A stretch of DNA of 64,000 bases from Acidimicrobiaceae bacterium (GCA_947490975.1 CANLHV010000001.1:1580-65579), one strand, 5' to 3'; counted from the stretch's first letter, positions 20,101 to 29,205 are shown. Numbers and translations: made by a program. Notes: generated from the sequence alone by a model not told the origin.

Positions 20101-20645
20101 TTGCCAAAAATTTCTTGCAGTCGTGCAGCTGTCTTCAATGCCTCTTCGTCTTTGCCGTTCTTCAGCGCCTGCAAAACATGACCACCCAAGCAACCAGATG
20201 TAGCGATTAGACCAGCGCTGTATTTTGTCAGTAACTCCCAGTCCATTCGCGGCTGATAGTAGTAACCCTCGAGAAACGCGAGACTCGCCAACTGAATCAG
20301 ATTTTTGTATCCGACATTATTTTCAGCGAGAAGCGTCAAGTGATAGTAAAGTTTTTTGCCAGCTTCAGTGTCGCCACCACTGTCGTCGACTCGTCCCCGA
20401 CGCGTCGGACGCTCGAACCGAGTTTCGTAGGCCATGTATGCCTCGGTGCCAATAATCGGCTTGATGCCACGCTTAGTGCACTCTTTATAAAAATCGATGA
20501 CGCCATACATATTGCCGTGATCGGTAATGCCTAGAGCCGTTTGACCATCTCCGACTGCACGATCGACAAGTTCGTCTAATCGTGATGCCCCATCGAGCAT
20601 CGAAAACTCGGTGTGAACGTGAAGGTGGGTAAACGACTTACCCAT
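17118..20645 (-). CDS. dnaE: DNA polymerase III alpha subunit
   Basis: It has an N-terminal PHP domain (FTHLHVHTEFSMLDG), a polymerase core and an OB fold. Length is about 1175 aa. I prefer ATG 20645, which overlaps the bpa stop by 1 nt (TGATG), over the TTG one codon upstream. Confidence 0.95.
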   Translation of the reverse strand: MGKSFTHLHVHTEFSMLDGASRLDELVDRAVGDGQTALGITDHGNMYGVIDFYKECTKRGIKPIIGTEAYMAYETRFERPTRRGRVDDSGGDTEAGKKLYYHLTLLAENNVGYKNLIQLASLAFLEGYYYQPRMDWELLTKYSAGLIATSGCLGGHVLQALKNGKDEEALKTAARLQEIFGKDNFFIELQDHGIPLQIETNPKLIEIAKKLGAPLLATNDCHYTHREDSSAHDALLCVQTGCTIADPNRLKFEGHEHYLKTAEEMRWLFREQPTSCDNTLWIAERAKVDIQFNVPVLPNFPIPEGFADDHAYLEHLTWLGAQQRWGEKLAPDVVERVAYELLTIKTMGFSSYFLIVWDLVRYAHEKSIRVGPGRGSAAGCAVAYSLRITDLDPIKYDLLFERFLNPGRRSMPDIDMDFDSRYRDEMIRYASEKYGRDHVAQIITFGTIKARNAVRDAARVLGFPYGLGDKIAKSMPPVVMGRDTPLKYCFEENEQHVDGYRAAAELRALYESDPDVKTVVDTARGLEGLKRSVGIHAAAVVITKEKLTEYLPIQRKAESGQDADLAPIVTQYEMHAVEELGLLKMDILGLRNLDVITDANKMIQELSNPDFDIDKTPFDDIKTFELLRRGDTIGVFQLESTNIRALVRSMVPTTIDDIAAIVALYRPGPMGANMHNDYADFKNGRKTPKIFHPDAQDLLGDTQGLMIYQESMMRVAQKFAGYSLEEADDLRKACGKKNRADMKKQRASFEKGCVDRGYGQELGETLFDSIENFADYAFGKSHAYGYAFIAYQTAFLKANYPFEYLSCLLTSVKASYDRAAIFLADARASNITVKTPDINSSGVDFVPVVEGDSRVISFGLSAIRNVGEAVVSQIVDYRRANGSFTSFYDFVDRAPISTLNKRTVESLIKAGAFDSLGHPRKGLLLVFESIIENTLNRRRERDQGVMSLFDQGSDSNSSFSEQIEIPNINYEKSEQLKIEREMLGLYVSDHPLRGVEGQLRRKVECSLADLDEKNDGAYLTLGGVITVVNRKFTRKGDQMAVLTIEDLQGSVEVNIFPKTYASFGHLIDEDTIITVRGRLDRRDDSRISFNAQEVKIVEPMRASDMSLHIELTGRSLSQEDIFNLQELLKDHGGQTPVQLHMPGGKSLRLAPEFNVDIDRAIGALRASYGNSVYIG

Positions 20646-21124
20646 CAAAGGTAAGTTCCTGGACGTTCCCCTGGCTGAGCATTCGGAGCCTGACCTGATT
20701 GAATTTGCCGCTGCTCGACTTGCTGTCGCATTGAAAGCTGTTGCGCAAACATCGTGGCTTGAATGCCATGGAAGAGGCCTTCGAGCCAGCCGACCAGCTG
20801 TGCTTTAGCCACACGCAACTCAGCATCAGATGGCACTTCACCATCGTTAAACGGCAAAGCCAACATTCGCAGTTCTTCTTGCAAGTCTGGCGAAAGAGCC
20901 TCGGCAAGTTCAACTATCGACCGCTCGTAGATCTCTGCCAAACGTTCGCGCGACGGTATATCGAGAGTCATCGAGTGAACTTCGTCGAGCAGTTGCTTGA
21001 TCATCGAACCAATACGCATAACTTTTGCCGGCGCGGTAACGGTTTCGAGCGTAGTTTCGCTCTGCTCTTCGACAATCTCGGCTGGTTGGTTTAGTTCGGC
21101 TGGCTTATCTTCAGGTTTTTTCAT
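20645..21124 (-). CDS. bpa: Bacterial proteasome activator (Bpa/PafE, DUF2587 family)
   Basis: PAKVMRIGSMIKQLLDEV and SDAELRVAKAQLVGWLEGLFHGIQ closely match my memory of M. tuberculosis Rv3780. The C-terminus is ...RPGTYL, versus the GQYL motif. Confidence 0.75.
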   Translation of the reverse strand: MKKPEDKPAELNQPAEIVEEQSETTLETVTAPAKVMRIGSMIKQLLDEVHSMTLDIPSRERLAEIYERSIVELAEALSPDLQEELRMLALPFNDGEVPSDAELRVAKAQLVGWLEGLFHGIQATMFAQQLSMRQQVEQRQIQSGQAPNAQPGERPGTYL

Positions 21125-21142
21125 GGTGGGTCGCCAAACTTA

Positions 21143-22264
21143 TCACTGAACTGCTGTTGCGAGCAACGGTACATCTAGTTCATCATCGGTCAAAGCCCCA
21201 TGTCGACACTGCAATATAAACGGGCCAGTATCGGCTGCATCATCAAAACTAATTGGCTCTCTCGGTACAAGCACAACATCACCCAGACGTTTGCGTGTTG
21301 CCGAACCCAGTCGGGGCCCAAGCCAGTTTTCATCGATTACTTGTTCTTTACTGGCAACCCACGCGACATCAGAATGGTGCGCGATTGCGCGGGCCAATAG
21401 TTCGACTTGAACTCCATCGCGAGCGTGCAGCCACCTGAAACGACCTTCACCAGACTGATATGCAACCATCGCCATCACCTCAGGATGTGGTGGCATTGTG
21501 TTTGTGCCGACCATTACTTGACCATGATCAGCTGTAACAATCAAAACAGCACCAGGAGTCAGAGCGTCTTGAATTTTTCTGACTATGCCGTCAGCACTAG
21601 CCAACTCTGCTTCATAAAAACTGCCAAAGCCTCGTTCATGGGCAATCTTGTCAACACCGTCGTAGTAGGCATAGATGAATTTTTCGCCACTTCGCAGAAG
21701 TTGCCCAACTTCGACCGCGATGCTTGATGCTGCCCGCCAACCTCGAGCGCGAACACCACGAAGGTGAGCCTCGGTGAAAGCCGAGCCCTCGAGCTCTGCC
21801 TTGCTAAGTACCGGCACACTGGCCCCCATGAACGGTGGGCACGGCTGAATCAAATCAGGTGGATACATATTTCGCAGATCGCCCTTTTCGTCGCCCCACT
21901 TGAGCATTTGCATTACGCGAGCACCCATGTCGATGCGATATCCCACCAAACCATGTTCGGCTGGAGCGAGACCTGTCGTTATCGAGGTAAGTGCGCTAAC
22001 AGTTGTTGTTGGTGCGACTGTAGTAATCGACGAACCCTGCATGGCAGCAAGTGTCGGACAGTGCACAAGATTTTTTTGAAGTTGGTGCCAGCCAAGACCA
22101 TCGATGACGAGAAGCACAACTTGTCGCGCACCTTTGACACAACTCGGCATCCAATCTGGAATCTCTCTTGTGCCTTGCGGACCAAGCAAAGCCGGAATGA
22201 TGCCCGTTATGCAACCATCTTTATAGTCAGGAAGTCGCGGACCGGTTGTAGTTGGAGTCGCCAT
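21143..22264 (-). CDS. Alkaline-phosphatase superfamily protein (nucleotide pyrophosphatase/phosphodiesterase-like)
   Basis: VVLLVIDGLGWHQL, APTTTVSALTSITTG (a nucleophile-Thr context) and VTADHGQ are typical of the NPP/AP fold. Confidence 0.7.
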   Translation of the reverse strand: MATPTTTGPRLPDYKDGCITGIIPALLGPQGTREIPDWMPSCVKGARQVVLLVIDGLGWHQLQKNLVHCPTLAAMQGSSITTVAPTTTVSALTSITTGLAPAEHGLVGYRIDMGARVMQMLKWGDEKGDLRNMYPPDLIQPCPPFMGASVPVLSKAELEGSAFTEAHLRGVRARGWRAASSIAVEVGQLLRSGEKFIYAYYDGVDKIAHERGFGSFYEAELASADGIVRKIQDALTPGAVLIVTADHGQVMVGTNTMPPHPEVMAMVAYQSGEGRFRWLHARDGVQVELLARAIAHHSDVAWVASKEQVIDENWLGPRLGSATRKRLGDVVLVPREPISFDDAADTGPFILQCRHGALTDDELDVPLLATAVQ

Positions 22265-22358
22265 GTTGTGCCCCCTGAGAGTAGTTCAGGCTTGTTCGTC
22301 TGAGCACGCAATTCTTCGGCGAAAACAGCCAGGTAAAAGTCACATAAACGCGTGTCAT

Positions 22359-22364
22359 TAGTAT
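22359..22364 (+). promoter_or_regulatory. Possible -10 hexamer (TAGTAT) giving a leaderless transcript for the Rrf2 gene
   Basis: TAGTAT (TANNNT) ends 6 nt before the GTG start at 22371. There is no Shine-Dalgarno-like purine run in between and no clear -35. Confidence 0.3.
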
Positions 22365-22370
22365 AAAGAT

Positions 22371-22817
22371 GTGAGAATTTCTACCCGAGGCGACTACGCC
22401 TGCCGTGCGTTGCTCTCGTTGGTTTTGCACGCCAAAGAAGACGGGCCAACCTCGGTTCGAGATATCGCCGAACGCACCGCTCTGCCTCAACCTTATTTAG
22501 AGCAAATTCTTTTAGCTCTAAAAGGTGCCGGTTTGGTCAAGTCGAAACGCGGTGTCGGCGGCGGATACATTTTGGCCAAGGCTGCCGGAGATATTCGCAT
22601 CTCAGAAATTATTTCTGCGGTTGACGGACCAATAACAGTCGGCGACTTCGGCGAACCACACAAAGACGGTGCGTGCGATCATGACGGCCAATGCGTTTTG
22701 CTAGCCGTCTGGAACTTAGCCAGCGAACACATGCGCGAGCACTTAGCCAAATACACACTCGAAGAAATCGCTGCAATCTCAAACGGCGAAGCGGCTTGGC
22801 CTTCGCCAAAAAAGTAA
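22371..22817 (+). CDS. Rrf2 family transcriptional regulator
   Basis: MRISTRGDYACRALLSL..., a wHTH (YLEQILLALKGAGLVKSKRGVGGGY) and a length of 148 aa all fit the family. Confidence 0.85.
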   Translation: MRISTRGDYACRALLSLVLHAKEDGPTSVRDIAERTALPQPYLEQILLALKGAGLVKSKRGVGGGYILAKAAGDIRISEIISAVDGPITVGDFGEPHKDGACDHDGQCVLLAVWNLASEHMREHLAKYTLEEIAAISNGEAAWPSPKK

Positions 22818-23786
22818 CTAGTCGACGCGCTGCGAACACTTCGCCAAGACAGAGGCGAAGTCTTGAGGTAACTCAGTTGCAAACTTCATTTCTTGACCTG
22901 AGACAGGATGCTTGAAGTTCAGGCTCGTGGCATGCAACATCGGACGCGGCGACGACAACACGCTGCGCGCCCCACCATAAACAACATCGCCGACAACACT
23001 GTGGCCGAGAGTCGCAAGATGTACTCGAATCTGATGGGTGCGACCAGTTTCGAGTCCGCACTCGATCAATGAACAATCAACGGGAATATTAAAAGCTTGT
23101 CGCACTTCATAAGTCGTGCGTGCAACTTTTCCGTCACTTAACACCGCCATTTTTGTCGGATCACGTTGATCTCTACCAAGCGGAGCATCAATCACACCCG
23201 AGGCCGCACTCATGTGGCCCCACACCAAAGCTAAGTATCGGCGTGTCACCAGACGACGTGAGAGTGAATCAACTAAAGACTCGTAGGCACGAGAAGTTCT
23301 AGCCATCATCATCAAACCAGTGGTGCCCGCATCTAGGCGATGTACGACACCTGGGCGAAATGGGTCGCCAACATTTGCGATGTCTGGATATTTCGCCAAA
23401 ATTGCATTCACTAGCGTGCCCGTCGGATTGCCAGCGCCAGGGTGCACAACAATGCCGGCATGTTTGTTGATTACGAGAATGTCGGTGTCTTCATAAACAA
23501 TTTCGACATCGATATTTGGCTCAGCCATTGGCAATTGTTTTTTTGGCAGCAATGCAAGTTCAACTTTTAGATGTTGACCCTCAGTTGCTTTTATCTTTCC
23601 GGCTTTGACTGCGACACCATCCAAGATGACAGCACCAGCCTCAATGAGTGAGGCGGCTGCAGCTCGCGGAATATCTGCTACGAGCGAAACGATTCGATCG
23701 ACTCTTTGACCAGCGAGCGCCGCAGGCACAAACTCATCGATCACTCGCCTGTCTGACTCGTCGTTGGCGAATTTGTCTTGACTCAT
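22818..23786 (-). CDS. rluD: RluA-family 23S rRNA pseudouridine synthase (RluD-like)
   Basis: It has an S4-like N-terminus and the catalytic motif HRLDAGTTGLMMMA. It lies in the lspA-rluD synteny. Confidence 0.9.
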   Translation of the reverse strand: MSQDKFANDESDRRVIDEFVPAALAGQRVDRIVSLVADIPRAAAASLIEAGAVILDGVAVKAGKIKATEGQHLKVELALLPKKQLPMAEPNIDVEIVYEDTDILVINKHAGIVVHPGAGNPTGTLVNAILAKYPDIANVGDPFRPGVVHRLDAGTTGLMMMARTSRAYESLVDSLSRRLVTRRYLALVWGHMSAASGVIDAPLGRDQRDPTKMAVLSDGKVARTTYEVRQAFNIPVDCSLIECGLETGRTHQIRVHLATLGHSVVGDVVYGGARSVLSSPRPMLHATSLNFKHPVSGQEMKFATELPQDFASVLAKCSQRVD

Positions 23787-24271
23787 GACTGTAACTTTGT
23801 GCGCGAAGCAACAACAGACGAAGTAATCAACATTGCAGCCCCAAGCGTGACAGCCGAATCAGCGATGTTGAACACCGGAAACCACTGCAAGTCAATAAAG
23901 TCGATAACCGAACCGGCAAGCCACTTTTCGCCGCGAAACAATCGATCAACGACGTTTCCGAGAGCGCCACCAATCAACATCGCAGTGCCAACTATCGACA
24001 AATTAGTAGATGCTTTTTTCAAGCTCAACCAAAGCCACACCGCGACGCCGATTGCCAACAAACCAATCAGTCGCCCCAACCCCTGACCCTGCGAAAACGC
24101 CATGCCAGAGTTGAATACCAAGTTAAACCGCAATGTCCAGAAAAGATCGATTGTTCGACCATCACTCAACGAATTAAGCGCCCAATTCTTGGTCGCCTGA
24201 TCGGCAATAACTACCGCAACAATAATTAGCTTGGGCGTTTGGCCAGTCGATCTAGTAAGAACCAATGCCAC
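23783..24271 (-). CDS. lspA: Lipoprotein signal peptidase (signal peptidase II)
   Basis: It has four TM spans, plus NSGMAFS and FPVFNIADSAVTLGA motifs. The start is GTG and overlaps the upstream gene by 20 nt. Its stop overlaps the rluD start (ATGA). Confidence 0.9.
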   Translation of the reverse strand: MALVLTRSTGQTPKLIIVAVVIADQATKNWALNSLSDGRTIDLFWTLRFNLVFNSGMAFSQGQGLGRLIGLLAIGVAVWLWLSLKKASTNLSIVGTAMLIGGALGNVVDRLFRGEKWLAGSVIDFIDLQWFPVFNIADSAVTLGAAMLITSSVVASRTKLQS

Positions 24272-25256
24272 CTGCGCGCTCGATTACTAATTCTGTTGTC
24301 CACGGAATCGCCTTTAAGCGCTCACGCGGAATTGGCAAACCCGACCGAGATGAATAACCGTAGTCACCTGTTTCAAGTCGCTTGAGTGCCTCATCGATTT
24401 CTTCGACTGTTTGTCGCGCCGATGCAGAAAGAGTCAGATCGCGCTCACGCTCGACGACCATCGTGTCGCCCTCGCCGCCCTCGTCATCGAATTGAACGTC
24501 ACCCATCTCTGAGTTTTCGACAATCGCATTCGCTTCGCTTTCGAGTTGATCTGCTTGTCCGAGCAGATTGCGCCGCTCAACTATCAATAGTTCGCGTTGT
24601 GACATCAAAAACTCAATGTTGAATTCTTTGGTCGGTGTGATGCCATCTTGCATTACACCTTTAATAATTGGTGGCTTCGGCGGAGCAACTGGCTTGCGGT
24701 TTGCTTCAATCTCAGCCAAACGAGCAGCCTCACGTGCTGCAAGCTTTGCGGCCTTTGCGGCTTCGCGAGCCTGCTTTTCTTCTTGACGCTGTTTCTCTTT
24801 GGCGACTTTCAACGCCAACCGCTCGGCTTGCTGTTGGGCTTTGAGTTTTGCGCGTTCTTTGGCTAGGCGCTGTGCTTCTTTTTGCTTCTCTTTTTGCAGA
24901 CGCTTGCGCTCGGCCAACGCTTTTCGCGTTTCGAGATCTTTTTGCTTCTTTGCTGCCTTGATCTGAGCAAGCTTCTTCTTTAATTCAAGCTTCTTTTTGA
25001 GTTCAAGTTTCTTCTTCAACTCGAGCTTTTTCTTGAGTTCGAGTTTCTTTTTGAGTTCAAGTTTCTTCTTCAACTCGAGTTTCTTCTTGATTTCAAACTT
25101 CTTCTTGAGTTCAAGCTTCTTTTTCAGAGCCAGTTTCTTCTGCATCTCAAGCTTTTTGCGCAGAGCAAGCTTCTTTTTAAGCTCTGCTTTCTTGCGCGCC
25201 GCAACTTTCTTTTTAGCCATTGCCTGCTTTTTCTGCTTAGCAGTTGCCATTGTCAC
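24252..25256 (-). CDS. DksA/TraR-like protein with a Lys-rich hexapeptide-repeat and coiled-coil N-terminal extension; the zinc-finger cysteines are absent
   Basis: The C-terminal 130 aa align by eye to actinobacterial TraR/DksA proteins (DDEGGEGDTMVVERERDLTLS...LKRLETGDYGYSSRSGLPIPRERLKAIPWTTELVIE). The position between ileS and lspA matches Streptomyces-type synteny. N-terminal residues 21-98 are (K/R/Q)KK(L/F/A)(E/A)(L/M/I/Q) x13. Confidence 0.7.
   Translation of the reverse strand: MTMATAKQKKQAMAKKKVAARKKAELKKKLALRKKLEMQKKLALKKKLELKKKFEIKKKLELKKKLELKKKLELKKKLELKKKLELKKKLELKKKLAQIKAAKKQKDLETRKALAERKRLQKEKQKEAQRLAKERAKLKAQQQAERLALKVAKEKQRQEEKQAREAAKAAKLAAREAARLAEIEANRKPVAPPKPPIIKGVMQDGITPTKEFNIEFLMSQRELLIVERRNLLGQADQLESEANAIVENSEMGDVQFDDEGGEGDTMVVERERDLTLSASARQTVEEIDEALKRLETGDYGYSSRSGLPIPRERLKAIPWTTELVIERAGGIGSY
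24963..25196 (-). repeat. Coding tandem repeat, 13 x 18 bp (hexapeptide KKKLEL and variants)
   Basis: Read directly, the units are RKKAEL KKKLAL RKKLEM QKKLAL KKKLEL KKKFEI KKKLEL x6 KKKLAQ. Units with identical peptides use different synonymous codons (GAA/GAG, CTC/TTG/CTT, AAA/AAG). Confidence 0.9.
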
Positions 25257-25298
25257 CTCTCAAGTGGTTCTTGTTTAGAACCTACTTATATGATCGCG

Positions 25299-28200
25299 CT
25301 ACGATATCGGATTTAGCGCGACAAACACCGCGACACCATCTAAATCGGCGTTCGGCGACTGTTTCTCAGTCAAAATCGTGACCTCGAGGTCAACAGCCAG
25401 AGTCTCTGCCTTGATGGTTTCATGATGTGGCGAGATTTGTGCGCACAGTTTTTCGGGCAAACTCAGTCGAAGCTTGATTCGATCAGATACATCGAGTGCA
25501 GCGTCGCGACGGTGTTGCTGCACCAAACGAATCACATCGCGGGCGGCGCCTTCGGCTTCGAGCTCGGGTGTCAATTCGATATCAAGAACAACCACACCTG
25601 AAGAACTTGCCAGTGCGGCACTAGCACCCGAAGCCTTAGGCACAAGTTTGAGTTGATATTCACCAGGGTGCAAGTCAACCGAACCCGCTGTGACAATGTC
25701 GCCTTTGCGTACCCAATCGCCTTTTTTCACCGCTTTGATGACAGTTTGCGTGCTTGCCCCAAGACGTGGACCGACAACGCTGGGCACGACTTGCAACTCA
25801 AACTCGGCGACAGACGAGACATCGTCTGAAAAACTTAATGACCGCACGTTTACTTCATCTTTAATAATGTCTTCAAACGCAGAAAGCGCACCAGAATTAT
25901 CGGTGGCGATTACCAAACTTGATAGTGGCTGACGCACGCGTCGACTGTGAATCTTGCGCAGAGACAATGTCGTTGAACAAACATCACGAACACGGTCCAT
26001 TGACGAGACCAAACTCTCATCGTGTCGCAAGCCCTCGACTGTTGGCCACGACTCGAGATGTACGCTGCGCTCACCTGTAAGTCCACGAAAAATCTGTTCG
26101 GCAACGAGTGGCAACACTGGCGCAGCAACGCGCGTCAAATAATGAAGAACAGTGTGCAATGTGTTGATTGCCGCAACATCACCCTTCCAGAACCGATCTC
26201 TGCTTCGGCGGATATACCAATTAGTTAGAACATCTAGAAAAGTTCGAATCTCGGCGCAAGCCGCGAACAAATCGTATGCGTCAAAACTCTTGGTCGTAGA
26301 TTCAACCAAACCGTGAAGTTTTGAAATTATGTAACGATCTAGCACGTTTTCGCTCGAGGCATCTACCGAACCCGAGACCGATTCGGCATTCGCATACAGC
26401 GACAAGAAGTACCAACTATTCCATAACGGAAGAATCACTTGGCGTACGGTGTCACGCATACCTTCATCGGTGACGGCAAAATCTGAGCCACGCAAAATTG
26501 AAGACGAGAGTAGATACCAACGCATCGCGTCTGCGCCGTGGCTGTCAAACACTTTCATTGGATCTGGATAATTTCTCAGACTCTTCGACATCTTTGCGCC
26601 ATCTTCTCCGAGGACGATGCCATGACTTACGCAATTCGAAAAAGCGGGGCGATCGAACAATGCTGTTGCTAGAACGTGCAAGGTGTAAAACCATCCGCGA
26701 GTTTGTCCGATGTATTCGACGATGAAGTCGCCTGGATAGTGATTTTCAAACCACTCTTGATTTTCAAACGGATAGTGCACCTGGGCAAATGGCATTGAGC
26801 CACTTTCAAACCAGCAGTCCAAAACTTCGGGCACTCGGCGCATCATTGACTTGCCAGTTGGATCGTCTGGGTTCGGGCGAACCAGATTATCGATGGTCGG
26901 TCGATGCAATTCTTGAATATCAACGCCAAAATCTCGACGAAGTTCTTCGAGGCTGCCGTAGACGTCAATGCGTGGATAATTCGGATCATCGCTGCGCCAA
27001 ACGGGTATTGGCGAACCCCAAAATCGATTGCGACTGATTGTCCAGTCGCGTGCGTTCTCAAGCCACTTGCCAAAACTTCCGTGTTGCAGGTGGTCTGGCA
27101 CCCATTGAACTTGTTCGTTCAACTCGACCATGCGATCGCGAATTGCTGTGACCTTGACAAACCACGAACCCACTGCCTTGTAAATCAAAGGCTTGCCAGT
27201 GCGCCAGCAATGCGGATAAGCGTGATCGTAAGTTTCGTGACGAATCACAACACCGCGTTCTTTCAATACACGAATAATTGCCGGGTTGGCGTCAAAAACA
27301 AGTTGGCCTTCGAAATCGGCAACCTCGCTAGTGAAGCATCCACGCGAGTCAACTGGCACGACGAGTTCAATACCTTCGTCTTGACAGACGCGCTGGTCGT
27401 CTTCACCAAAACCCGGTGCCAAGTGCACGACACCTGTGCCGTCTTCGGTTGTAACGAAATCTCCGGCAATAACTCGAAAGGCGCCCGGATGGTTGGCGAA
27501 ATAATCGAACAATGGTTTATATGAGCGGCCGACTAGTTGTGAACCAATGATCGTTTCAAGAATCTTCGGCTCAGGAAACTCGCGCTCATATGCCGACAAT
27601 CTTTCGGCAGCGATTATGAATTTTCGTCCCGCATGTTCGACGACTACATATTCAACGTCAGGCGCCACAGCGAGTGCCAAGTTTGACGGCAATGTCCACG
27701 GAGTGGTTGTCCACGCCAGCAAGAGTTCGCCAGATGAAAGTTCAAACCCGACAGTTAGCGCTGGGTCTTGCACTTGTTTGTAGGCATCATCCATTCGCGT
27801 TTCTGTATTTGAAAGCGGGGTTTCGAGAGCCCATGAATATGGCAACACACGAAAGCCTTCGTAAATCAAACCTTTATCCCACAGAGTTTTGAACGCCCAC
27901 ATGACGCTCTCCATGTAAGGGGTGTCGAGTGTTTTGTAATCGTTTTGAAAGTCAACCCACCGAGCTTGGCGCGTTACATATCGCTCCCAGTCGCTGGTGT
28001 ATTGCAAGACCGATGTACGGCAATAGTCGTTGAACTTATCAATACCAAAATCGGTGATTGCTTGACGTCCAGAGATACCAAGTTGACGCTCGGCTTCGGC
28101 CTCGGCGGGCAGACCATGACAGTCCCAACCAAAGCGCCGTTCAACACGCTGCCCTCGCATCGTGCGATATCGAGGCACGGCATCTTTAACAAAACCTGTC

Positions 28201-28394
28201 AGCAAGTGACCATAGTGAGGCAGACCGTTTGCGAACGGTGGACCATCATAAAAAACGAACTCGTTCTCGCCGTTTTTTCCGGCGTCGCGCATTTCTATCG
28301 AAGCAGCGAAGGTCTCGTCGGTCTTCCAGTATTCGAGAACTTGGCTCTCAAGTGATGGAAAGTTCGGTTGTGGTTCTACCTGCGGGTAAGACAC
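25299..28394 (-). CDS. ileS: Isoleucine--tRNA ligase (long, type 2 form)
   Basis: It has the HIGH-type motif [15 protein letters not shown] and a CP1 editing domain. Length is 1031 aa. Confidence 0.95.
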   Translation of the reverse strand: MSYPQVEPQPNFPSLESQVLEYWKTDETFAASIEMRDAGKNGENEFVFYDGPPFANGLPHYGHLLTGFVKDAVPRYRTMRGQRVERRFGWDCHGLPAEAEAERQLGISGRQAITDFGIDKFNDYCRTSVLQYTSDWERYVTRQARWVDFQNDYKTLDTPYMESVMWAFKTLWDKGLIYEGFRVLPYSWALETPLSNTETRMDDAYKQVQDPALTVGFELSSGELLLAWTTTPWTLPSNLALAVAPDVEYVVVEHAGRKFIIAAERLSAYEREFPEPKILETIIGSQLVGRSYKPLFDYFANHPGAFRVIAGDFVTTEDGTGVVHLAPGFGEDDQRVCQDEGIELVVPVDSRGCFTSEVADFEGQLVFDANPAIIRVLKERGVVIRHETYDHAYPHCWRTGKPLIYKAVGSWFVKVTAIRDRMVELNEQVQWVPDHLQHGSFGKWLENARDWTISRNRFWGSPIPVWRSDDPNYPRIDVYGSLEELRRDFGVDIQELHRPTIDNLVRPNPDDPTGKSMMRRVPEVLDCWFESGSMPFAQVHYPFENQEWFENHYPGDFIVEYIGQTRGWFYTLHVLATALFDRPAFSNCVSHGIVLGEDGAKMSKSLRNYPDPMKVFDSHGADAMRWYLLSSSILRGSDFAVTDEGMRDTVRQVILPLWNSWYFLSLYANAESVSGSVDASSENVLDRYIISKLHGLVESTTKSFDAYDLFAACAEIRTFLDVLTNWYIRRSRDRFWKGDVAAINTLHTVLHYLTRVAAPVLPLVAEQIFRGLTGERSVHLESWPTVEGLRHDESLVSSMDRVRDVCSTTLSLRKIHSRRVRQPLSSLVIATDNSGALSAFEDIIKDEVNVRSLSFSDDVSSVAEFELQVVPSVVGPRLGASTQTVIKAVKKGDWVRKGDIVTAGSVDLHPGEYQLKLVPKASGASAALASSSGVVVLDIELTPELEAEGAARDVIRLVQQHRRDAALDVSDRIKLRLSLPEKLCAQISPHHETIKAETLAVDLEVTILTEKQSPNADLDGVAVFVALNPIS

Positions 28395-28401
28395 GAATTA
28401 A

Positions 28402-28668
28402 TTAACAATTCAGAATCAGGCGCTGCACAACAATTTGCAAAAACAGCAAGACAACCAAAGGTGAAAGATCAAGAGCGCCCGTTCGAGGCATCACCCGACG
28501 CGTCCAATCGAGAACTGGCTCGGTAAAACGACCAACAAAGTATGAAATTTGCGCAACTACCCCGCCACTTGTTGAAGGAAACCACGACAAGACCACCCGA
28601 ACAATGATCATGTAGATAAAGATTTGTACAAGGCTGCAAAGTATTCCGGTCATTGAATTAAAACCCAA
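28402..28668 (-). CDS. yggT: YggT family membrane protein
   Basis: It is an 88-aa two-TM protein directly downstream of sepF, in the conserved actinobacterial position. Confidence 0.85.
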   Translation of the reverse strand: MGFNSMTGILCSLVQIFIYMIIVRVVLSWFPSTSGGVVAQISYFVGRFTEPVLDWTRRVMPRTGALDLSPLVVLLFLQIVVQRLILNC

Positions 28669-28674
28669 TCTGCG

Positions 28675-29205
28675 CTAACCGCGCGTGATGCGTGCGCCAA
28701 ATGGCTTCATCATAAACACACCATTGCTCATTTTCTCCATGGTGCCGCTATTGGCGTAGCAAACACCGCTTGCAAAATCGATAATTCTGCGCATCGTCTT
28801 TGGATCGGTCGACTGCACATTGATTATCACTGGATTGCCCTCTTTGAAACGATCGGCAATTTCTTTTGCGTCTTCATAACTTGTCGGGCGAATCGTGACA
28901 GGATCGCTCGCTGGCATTACTGGTCGCGCAACAGCCTCAGTGCGACGCCCTGCAACGGGACGAACAGTCACACCTGAATCGTGTTGGGCCTGCTGTGCAC
29001 GCATACCACTGGATCGCGGATCGCCCATGGCTCGATCGTCGTAGTCGTCATAGCCAGGTTCTGGTTCATCAAATCGTTCTACGCGTTGACGGCCTCGACT
29101 CGGCATGCGTCGATCGCGTTCAACTGCGACTGATTCGTCATAATCGTCGTACGCCTCATCTGGTCCTAAACCCAAGTAATCCATTGCTCGGCGAAACATT
29201 GACAT
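28675..29205 (-). CDS. sepF: Cell division protein SepF
   Basis: MSMFRRAMDYLGLG is the membrane-binding N-terminus. An acidic/disordered linker follows. The C-terminal SepF domain reads (IRPTSYEDAKEIADRFKEGNPVIINV...). The ORF-track start at 29223 is a TTG, so I prefer ATG 29205. Confidence 0.85.
   Translation of the reverse strand: MSMFRRAMDYLGLGPDEAYDDYDESVAVERDRRMPSRGRQRVERFDEPEPGYDDYDDRAMGDPRSSGMRAQQAQHDSGVTVRPVAGRRTEAVARPVMPASDPVTIRPTSYEDAKEIADRFKEGNPVIINVQSTDPKTMRRIIDFASGVCYANSGTMEKMSNGVFMMKPFGARITRG

Noticed and set aside
24963-25196. The 18-bp tandem repeat array as a CRISPR array or non-coding VNTR.
   Set aside because: There are no spacers. The array is in frame within a 334-codon ORF and encodes a regular hexapeptide, with synonymous variation between units.
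25266-25282. The hairpin GGUUCU-aaaca-AGAACC after the ileS stop as an intrinsic terminator (and similarly GCCCG-ccaa-CGGGC at 45196..45209 after the lipoate-ligase-like gene).
   Set aside because: The stems are short and no U-tract follows on the transcribed strand. The first is immediately followed by the ribosome-binding site of the next gene. The evidence is too weak to call either one.
28395-28401. An ileS T-box/leader riboswitch, as known upstream of ileS in several Actinobacteria.
   Set aside because: Only 7 nt separate the yggT stop from the ileS start, so there is no room for a leader RNA. Here ileS appears fused into the dcw/sepF transcription unit.
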